Notes under the pieces: model-generated
Told to the model about the DNA's origin: nothing
The model's database searches: none
The model's input: the letters and a program-made list of their open reading frames with translations, nothing else
Source of the DNA: a bacterium
Lineage (GTDB): Bacteria > Electryoneota > JAOADG01
Assembly: GCA_963681965.1 (NCBI GenBank)
Contig: OY820579.1
Span: 2,432,001-2,496,000, forward strand
Reading direction: 5' to 3'
DNA: 64,000 nucleotides
Translations under genes and position numbers: made by a program
In this document: positions 58,447 to 64,000 of the stretch, piece by piece
Layout of the letters: each line of letters starts with the position of its first letter
Position numbering within the stretch: position 1 is the stretch's first letter

Positions 58447-59385
58447 TTATTGTTGTTTGTATTCTTTAATTAGTTTGCTAAAGTGTGTCCTAAAAAGAAC
58501 AATCTTATCGGTAAGCCACTTGAAATATTCATTCATTTTTGATTCTTTTTCAATATCAGCACCTGTCAATTTCTGAGTAATAAGGCAAGCTTTGGCTGCC
58601 TCTTTCCATTCTAACCCACCCAATTCATTTTCTAATTGCGCCTTCTGCTCTTGTAAGTAATTGAATAATCCTTTGTCATTGCTGATATAAATTCCGCAAG
58701 CTAGTAGTTGTTCTCTGGTATTAATCGTTAACATGATATGAGCTACCGAGTTACCAATACTTACATCATACCAATGTTGGTAACGAGGCGTCTGAAATTT
58801 AATTGGCAATTTTTGCTCTTGAGCATAAGATTTTAGCCTCGTCCAAAAATCAAATTGCCTGAGTTTAGTATCTGTTAACTCGTCTTTAATGTTACCTTGC
58901 TTTAGAATTTTAGACCATTCATTTGGGCTGCTAATAACTTGAAATTTGGGTGCTGGAGCAGAATTATCAATTTGCCATAATTCTAATTTAATGGCAAAAA
59001 ATGCAATTTTTTCTGGTGTGTTTTCGTTTAGCCAATCAATAGCTTGTCGGTGCTCTTCTCTGATTTCTTTAAATATCCATATGATAATGTTCGCGTCGTA
59101 ACCTGCGGCATAAGTAATAATTTTACCTAAATGGTCGTGGTCAGTAGTTTCTAACTGATTCTCAATAATTATTTTTCTACCTGTGGCTTCTTCTTCAGCT
59201 AAAATATCCAAACTGAATTTTCCCACTTCTGCTTCTTTCTTAATTAAACTAATGTCAATACCGATTTCTTCACTTAGTAAGGCTAAGTTTTCATTATCAC
59301 AAAGCCAATCAGAAAAATCTGAGGCTTCATTTTTCCAAGCTGTTCGAAGGTCAACTTTGACAATTTTACCTAAGGGGTTACTCAT
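58447..59385 (-). CDS. NucS-like PD-(D/E)XK nuclease fused to DUF4268
   Basis: 'W..EA.DF..WL', 'E..VG....DI', 'IIENQL..TDH.HLGK..TY', C-terminal 'FW......'; AT-rich. Confidence 0.8.
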   Translation of the reverse strand: MSNPLGKIVKVDLRTAWKNEASDFSDWLCDNENLALLSEEIGIDISLIKKEAEVGKFSLDILAEEEATGRKIIIENQLETTDHDHLGKIITYAAGYDANIIIWIFKEIREEHRQAIDWLNENTPEKIAFFAIKLELWQIDNSAPAPKFQVISSPNEWSKILKQGNIKDELTDTKLRQFDFWTRLKSYAQEQKLPIKFQTPRYQHWYDVSIGNSVAHIMLTINTREQLLACGIYISNDKGLFNYLQEQKAQLENELGGLEWKEAAKACLITQKLTGADIEKESKMNEYFKWLTDKIVLFRTHFSKLIKEYKQQ

Positions 59386-59543
59386 GGTTGTTCGCCTCAA
59401 AGATTACAAAACTGATATAATTGATTTAATGACCTGATAAAGTACAAAATTGTATTTGAAATAGAAAGTAAGATATTCACCAGTCTAGTATACAATTGAA
59501 ATTAGTGATTACAGTATAGCGAGTGCGTTTTTTGGCTGAACAC

Positions 59544-59580
59544 GTCTAACAGCTACCTACTATGCGCATATCTGCGCATG
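59544..59580 (-). other. Possible tyrosine-recombinase site (attI/dif-like)
   Basis: Minus strand TATGCGCATAG-taggt-AGCTGTTAGAC: XerC-arm-like half plus GTTRRRY core. Confidence 0.35.
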
Positions 59581-59989
59581 AAACCGTTCTTCCCTACCTA
59601 CGAGAACCTAACCTAATATTTCACACTGCTAAGAGTTACCCTCGATTTAGAATTATCTTACTCGTCACCACTGTTTCTATTCATTGATTTTCACCCGATC
59701 CATTCAAGTCAGTTTAAATATGTTCGCGCCTGCGTTACACGCAGTCGACGAATCACTGGAGGTAGATTTGATTAGGTTAGATTTCTGTCGTGAGGCTTGA
59801 TATTATGAAAAAAATCGCACGGATCCAATCTGATAAACGCTACCCACCTCACCGTTTCCAGTACTTACCATGTACTTACCAGCGGAAACAAGAAGCACTC
59901 AAGGATTGAGAGATAACTGCTTGTGATTACGTTGAGGTGAATCGTAAGTCTCGTATTTCTGTTTTGGATTCGGTTCGGTTCGGGGGGGG

Positions 59990-60123
59990 CGCGATTTCGC
60001 AACGGCAAGGTTTTCGCAACGACAAATCATAAGGAGCGCAGGCTGAAGCCTGCGGCTACGAAAATGGGCGTATGCCATACGCCCCTACGAAAAAAAAAGC
60101 GGACTCTCTTAGTCAGCCGCTAC
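59990..60123. repeat. Run of four REP-like hairpins of different families, all in tail orientation
   Basis: TTCGCAACGACAAATC (60013), GCGCAGGCTGAAGCCTGCGGCTAC (60036), GGGCGTATGCCATACGCCCCTAC (60066), GCGGACTCTCTTAGTCAGCCGCTAC (60099). Confidence 0.75.
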
Positions 60124-60192
60124 ACATTCTATTAAAAATCAAAGCACTCCTCAAAAGACCAAATTGGCAGCTGAGGGTCTGCAATGGAATAA

Positions 60193-60726
60193 TTACCGGA
60201 TCGCAGCCGATTTCAGTGCTTTCTGGAACATCTTCTTGATCGCGTTGTTCTCTTCACTCAGGAGTGCCTGTTCAAAGAAGGGGAGGAGTTCCACTCGGGC
60301 GGTAGCATTCGCTTTAGCAAGTTCCGTCAGTGCATAGGCGGCACTCCACCGCAGCACCGTCCCTTCGCCCTGTAGCATCTTCTGCAAAGCGGGAATCGCT
60401 TGCGCACAGTCGCTGGGGAAGTGCGGGGCAAGATTGCCAATCGTTTCGGCGGCTTCCCAACAGACTCGGGGGGCTTTGGCAGAGAGTTGCTGCTGGATGA
60501 AATCGATCGACCCGGTGAAGAATTTGGGTTCGGTCTTGGAGATCAGCGTCAAGGCGCTCATGCAATTGCCCCGCTCGGAATCGCCGGCAACCGCCATGAG
60601 GTCGATTAGTTCACGGCTCAGTTTCCGTTCGGTCAGGAAGAGATTGGCTAACAGCTCGATCTTCTCTTTCGGCTTGATTGTCTTCGAAAGCAAGATCTCA
60701 TCGTATTGGGAGGGCGGTCGCTTCAT
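60193..60726 (-). CDS. HEAT-repeat protein
   Basis: GAGGA RBS; 'PRV.WEAA..IGNLA', 'AIPAL', 'V.RWSAAYAL' helical repeats. Confidence 0.8.
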   Translation of the reverse strand: MKRPPSQYDEILLSKTIKPKEKIELLANLFLTERKLSRELIDLMAVAGDSERGNCMSALTLISKTEPKFFTGSIDFIQQQLSAKAPRVCWEAAETIGNLAPHFPSDCAQAIPALQKMLQGEGTVLRWSAAYALTELAKANATARVELLPFFEQALLSEENNAIKKMFQKALKSAAIR

Positions 60727-60785
60727 ATTTCCTCACTGAATTTTTTCACGATCCGCTATAATATACAGGGATATTCTGGAAATTC

Positions 60786-61220
60786 TCACCATTTCCCTTG
60801 AATATACTCGCGCAAGTAGCGGATTTCGGTTTCCCGTTCGTGTGTGTGCCACTTTCCGATATCGCCGATGGAAATCAATCCCACCAATTTTCCATTATCC
60901 ATGACGGGGAGGTGGCGGCACCGTTTTTTCGTCATCACCGCAAGACAATCGTCCAGTTCCCACTCCGGAGTGACATAGACCAGATCCGGTGACATAAATT
61001 CAGCGACAGTAAGCTCGATCAACGATTTGTCCGTCCGGAGCGAAGCCCGGAGGAAATCGCGTTCGGTGAAGATGCCCAGTATTTCCTCTTTGTGAACAAT
61101 CAATGCGGCACCGACTTTTTCTTCGATCAACACCCGAACCGCATTCAACAGCGAGGTCGATGGTGTGATTGTGATGACATTCGGTCCCTTTTCTTTCAGG
61201 ATGGATGCAACCTGAGCCAT
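60786..61220 (-). CDS. CBS domain pair protein
   Basis: GGGGGA RBS before MAQV; 'GIFTERD', 'RHLPV....LVG.ISIGD'. Confidence 0.9.
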   Translation of the reverse strand: MAQVASILKEKGPNVITITPSTSLLNAVRVLIEEKVGAALIVHKEEILGIFTERDFLRASLRTDKSLIELTVAEFMSPDLVYVTPEWELDDCLAVMTKKRCRHLPVMDNGKLVGLISIGDIGKWHTHERETEIRYLREYIQGKW

Positions 61221-61349
61221 GTATTTTCCCCCCATATGAACGGTAGCAATCGGCAATAGCGATTTCTTCAAAAGTGATACGTTCATCCGACTAAATTGCA
61301 TATTATGACTTAAATGACCTCGCAAAACTGAGATCTTGTGATCAAATAT

Positions 61350-61460
61350 TATATCTACTGAAAAAGTCGTCATGAATCGGTATCAGGCTTCGCCTGCTCT
61401 GCGGGCGGGCATGGGAACCCGCTCCTACTATCGATAACAACTTATTTTTCAGATCCATTA
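61350..61460. mobile_element. MITE-like element, diverged copy 3
   Basis: CTGAAAAAGTCGTCATGAATCGGTATCAGGCTTCGCCTGCTCTGCGGGCGGGCATGGGAACCCGCTCCTACTATCGATAACAACTTATTTTTCAG, colinear with copy 2. Confidence 0.7.
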
Positions 61461-61703
61461 TCGTAATCACATTGTCGACAAACGTGCCTAAATCACATGC
61501 AGGATTACTCAATGATATCATTCATATTTGTTCTGGTTTGGGTCCATGAATTATCTTTCACAATTAATTATTTCCAGCTACTCTTTTGTCAGCTACTGAG
61601 ATTATTCAATTTACAAGTCACTACATCACTTCACCTGTTGCCTTAATTCGTAACGGCATCTCTGAAATGTAGTCCCGCTTCCATCTTACAGAAAGGTAAT
61701 GTC

Positions 61704-63320
61704 ATGAAGTCTCGCAACATGATGATTGTTATCGTCACGTTTCTACTACTCTGCATCGGTGTTGCATTTGCAGCCGATGGTACAACTGAAGTCAGTAAAA
61801 GTTGGACCGCATCGTTCAAGAAAGACATCAACTGGCAGATGTTGACCGATGCCGGATACTTGGTCGTCGGATCCGACGATGGTCTATATGGGCTCAATCC
61901 GAAGACTGGCGAAGTCGCTTGGAAAATTGCCGAAGGGAAAGGGGTCGATGAAGATTTCTTCGAAATTATTCCGGGATCTCAATTTGCCGTGATCACGAAG
62001 AAGACCGGTGGATTGGGTATGATGATGTCGATGCAACTTTTTATCGATGTTATCGAAGGGAAAATTCTTTGGAAAACCGAGGATGCCGGGATTAAAAATG
62101 CACTCGGACAGATGTTTGTCGAACCGGCGAATGGCGTGTTGCTATATGGTTGGAAAGGCAGCTACGGCAGCCCGACGACGTTCTTCGTCGATCCGCTTAC
62201 CGGCAAGAAAATCTGGGAAAATAAGGAACTCTTTGACGATGTACCGGCGTTGTTTCCGATCAAACCGAATGCGAAAATCGCTCGCACCAGTATCGTTGGA
62301 AACCAACCACCAGTGTATCTGGAAGATGGTTCGTTCCTGGTGTTTATGTCGGAAGAGGGATTGCGGAAAGTCGATTCGAAGACTGGCAATATTATCTGGA
62401 AATCCAAATTTAAATTCAAAGAAGTTCCGGCATTCCGAAACGGTTATGGTCCGATACGGATAACCAAAGACGGTAAATGTGCCTTGGTTCCGCACGACAA
62501 AGCGTTGGAAATGATCAATCTTGCCGACGGCAAACCGGTGTGGGAAAAACCTGTTAAGTTACCGGGTAAAGTCGGTCAAATGGAAGAGACGTCGTTCGGT
62601 TTGGTGGTTCGCGGCGCTCCGGGCAAGGATTCGCGACCGTTTATTACCGTCGTCGATCTAAAGACGCAAGCATCACCGTGGAAAAAACCGTTTAAAGATC
62701 TGGATGGTGCCAGTAACTTTGTGATGCAGGGCGATTATATTTATCTCTATGCCGATGGCTCGGTCTTTAAAATCAGCCTTGCCGACGGTTCGGCGGATGA
62801 GTTCGTCAAGAAGATCAAATTCAAGGACGATGAAATTCCCTCGACGCTAGAACTGTACGACAACGGCGTGATTTTAATCTCCGATCAGAACATGGCGAAA
62901 TACGATTTTACCGGCAAGCAGGTGTATCAGGTCTATCACAAAGCACCGCAGTCGGGACTGTTCGCGAAGATCGCATCGACGGCATTGATTGCCGCCGCCA
63001 ACGCCGCTGCCGCGGGAAATGCCTATAGTACGGCTCAGGCAACTGGCACGAGTCAATCCTATTCCTTGGTGACCAGCAATCCGATTATGTCGGCGCGGTT
63101 CAAAGCATCCTCGAATGCCGGTAAATTTGTCACGGTCTTGACGAAGGTAGAAGCCGGGAAGCAGAGCGGTCCGGGATTGGTGAAAGTGGATAAGGTCGAA
63201 GGGAAAGATGTCAAGAGCTTGGTGTTGGGAACGAAAGAACCGAAATACCAGTACGACGATGTCGAAAACCGATTGTTTTTCATTAAAGACGACAAAACAA
63301 TTGAGTGTTACGCGTTCTAG
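61704..63320 (+). CDS. Secreted PQQ-like beta-propeller repeat protein
   Basis: Signal peptide; repeated 'L....TG...W' blades. Confidence 0.82.
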   Translation: MKSRNMMIVIVTFLLLCIGVAFAADGTTEVSKSWTASFKKDINWQMLTDAGYLVVGSDDGLYGLNPKTGEVAWKIAEGKGVDEDFFEIIPGSQFAVITKKTGGLGMMMSMQLFIDVIEGKILWKTEDAGIKNALGQMFVEPANGVLLYGWKGSYGSPTTFFVDPLTGKKIWENKELFDDVPALFPIKPNAKIARTSIVGNQPPVYLEDGSFLVFMSEEGLRKVDSKTGNIIWKSKFKFKEVPAFRNGYGPIRITKDGKCALVPHDKALEMINLADGKPVWEKPVKLPGKVGQMEETSFGLVVRGAPGKDSRPFITVVDLKTQASPWKKPFKDLDGASNFVMQGDYIYLYADGSVFKISLADGSADEFVKKIKFKDDEIPSTLELYDNGVILISDQNMAKYDFTGKQVYQVYHKAPQSGLFAKIASTALIAAANAAAAGNAYSTAQATGTSQSYSLVTSNPIMSARFKASSNAGKFVTVLTKVEAGKQSGPGLVKVDKVEGKDVKSLVLGTKEPKYQYDDVENRLFFIKDDKTIECYAF

Positions 63321-63339
63321 GCAGCCTCATCGGAGCGAC

Positions 63340-63368
63340 TTGCAAAGGGGAAAAAAAGATATTATAAT
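63340..63368 (+). promoter_or_regulatory. sigma70 promoter of tRNA-Asn
   Basis: TTGCAA-17 bp-TATAAT, ending 24 nt upstream of the tRNA. Confidence 0.75.
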
Positions 63369-63392
63369 TGCGTTTGCAAGAAGCTAAGATGA

Positions 63393-63465
63393 TCCCCGGT
63401 AGCTCAATCGGCAGAGCGGTTGGCTGTTAACCAATAGGTTGGGAGTTCGAGTCTCTCCCGGGGAG
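63393..63465 (+). tRNA. tRNA-Asn(GTT), CCA not encoded
   Basis: Acceptor TCCCCGG/CCGGGGA, D arm GCTC/GAGC, anticodon arm TTGG-CTGTTAA-CCAA, T arm GGGAG-TTCGAGT-CTCTC; followed by CCG. Confidence 0.96.
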
Positions 63466-63471
63466 CCGCAG

Positions 63472-63501
63472 AAATCCGCTCATGAACTGGGCGGATTTTT
63501 T
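63472..63501 (+). terminator. Terminator after tRNA-Asn
   Basis: AAATCCGCTCA-tgaac-TGGGCGGATTT-TTT. Confidence 0.8.
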
Positions 63502-63859
63502 GTTAACAGCACCCTCGAAGATTACGGTCTTCGGGGGTTTGCTCGTTTTGCACCAGTGGCGGGTTTTCGCGGATTTTGGTTGGATGCTCTTGGACTCGCT
63601 GTTTCTGAACGATTACATTATTTTGCAGGGAGAACCGTCAAGGTTGCAGTTCTGAGTACGAGTTTTTGGTTGGGACTCGCTGATTCGCTCTTGAACAAAG
63701 TTCGCTGGGTTAACAGAGTTGCCTTTCGGATTCAGTCAGAATCACAATCACGCCTTAACAAAGATTTGTAAAAGTTGATAATGGATCATTTTATGTCTTT
63801 GCTGGAATTTCGAATCGGCAGGAGGCGTGTGTCGAAATTTTTCTTTTAGAGGTAAGTAA

Positions 63860-64000
63860 ATGCTTAAGCAGTTGCGTATAAAGAATTTTAAAATTTGGCA
63901 TGACACTGGTGAGATCCGTATGGCTCCAATTACTTTGTTCTTTGGAGCAAATAGCTCTGGAAAATCTAGTATTGGCCAGTTCTTGATGATGCTGAAGCAA
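63860..64000 (+). CDS. AAA/ABC-type ATPase (DUF3696-type N-terminus), partial; missing from ORF track
   Basis: GAGG RBS; MLKQLRIKNFKIWHDTGEIRMAPITLFFGANSSGKSSIGQFLMMLKQ, with 'I.NFK' and Walker A 'GANSSGKS'. Confidence 0.85.
   Translation, partial: MLKQLRIKNFKIWHDTGEIRMAPITLFFGANSSGKSSIGQFLMMLKQ

Noticed and set aside
59805-59909. Short ORF MKKIARIQSDKRYPPHRFQYLPCTYQRKQEALKD as a possible integrase remnant
   Set aside because: No tyrosine-recombinase motifs; too short to support
63439-64000. ORF-track entries 63439..63771 (+) and 63791..64000 (-)
   Set aside because: The first starts inside the tRNA and crosses its terminator; the second is the antisense shadow of the AAA ATPase starting at 63860

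Overview
Chromosomal window from a diderm bacterium, probably of the FCB superphylum but not Bacteroidota proper. This is inferred from many secreted proteins ending in a 'PNPFNxTTTIxY...KLVLLK' T9SS type-A C-terminal domain (CTD), combined with Shine-Dalgarno RBSs and sigma70-type TTGnnn/TATAAT promoters. Housekeeping blocks: deoB-rdgB-iscS-mnmA-panB; tamA-tamB-hslR; copA; glutaminase-like hydrolase-gdhA; yggS-divIVA-ileS-dksA-lspA-TPM-NTase-lemA; MBL hydrolase-pgi; tRNA-Asn. These are interleaved with an expanded set of secreted beta-propeller/Ig-like CTD proteins and with isolated AT-rich, defence-like genes (a Vsr-like nuclease plus C-N-hydrolase-fold pair, AIPR with a cold-shock-like tail, TIR plus beta-sandwich, NucS-like/DUF4268, and an AAA ATPase after the tRNA). 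The most striking unexplained structure is non-coding. Several families of GTAG-headed REP-like hairpins are arranged as nested inverted pairs (clearest at 57819-58300). A ~115-bp MITE-like element carrying two such hairpins occurs three times with compensatory changes. There is also an orphan half-CTD scar and evidence of mosaic CTD tails. No CRISPR array, rRNA, transposase or integrase gene was seen. All calls are from motif recognition by eye; no database search was run.
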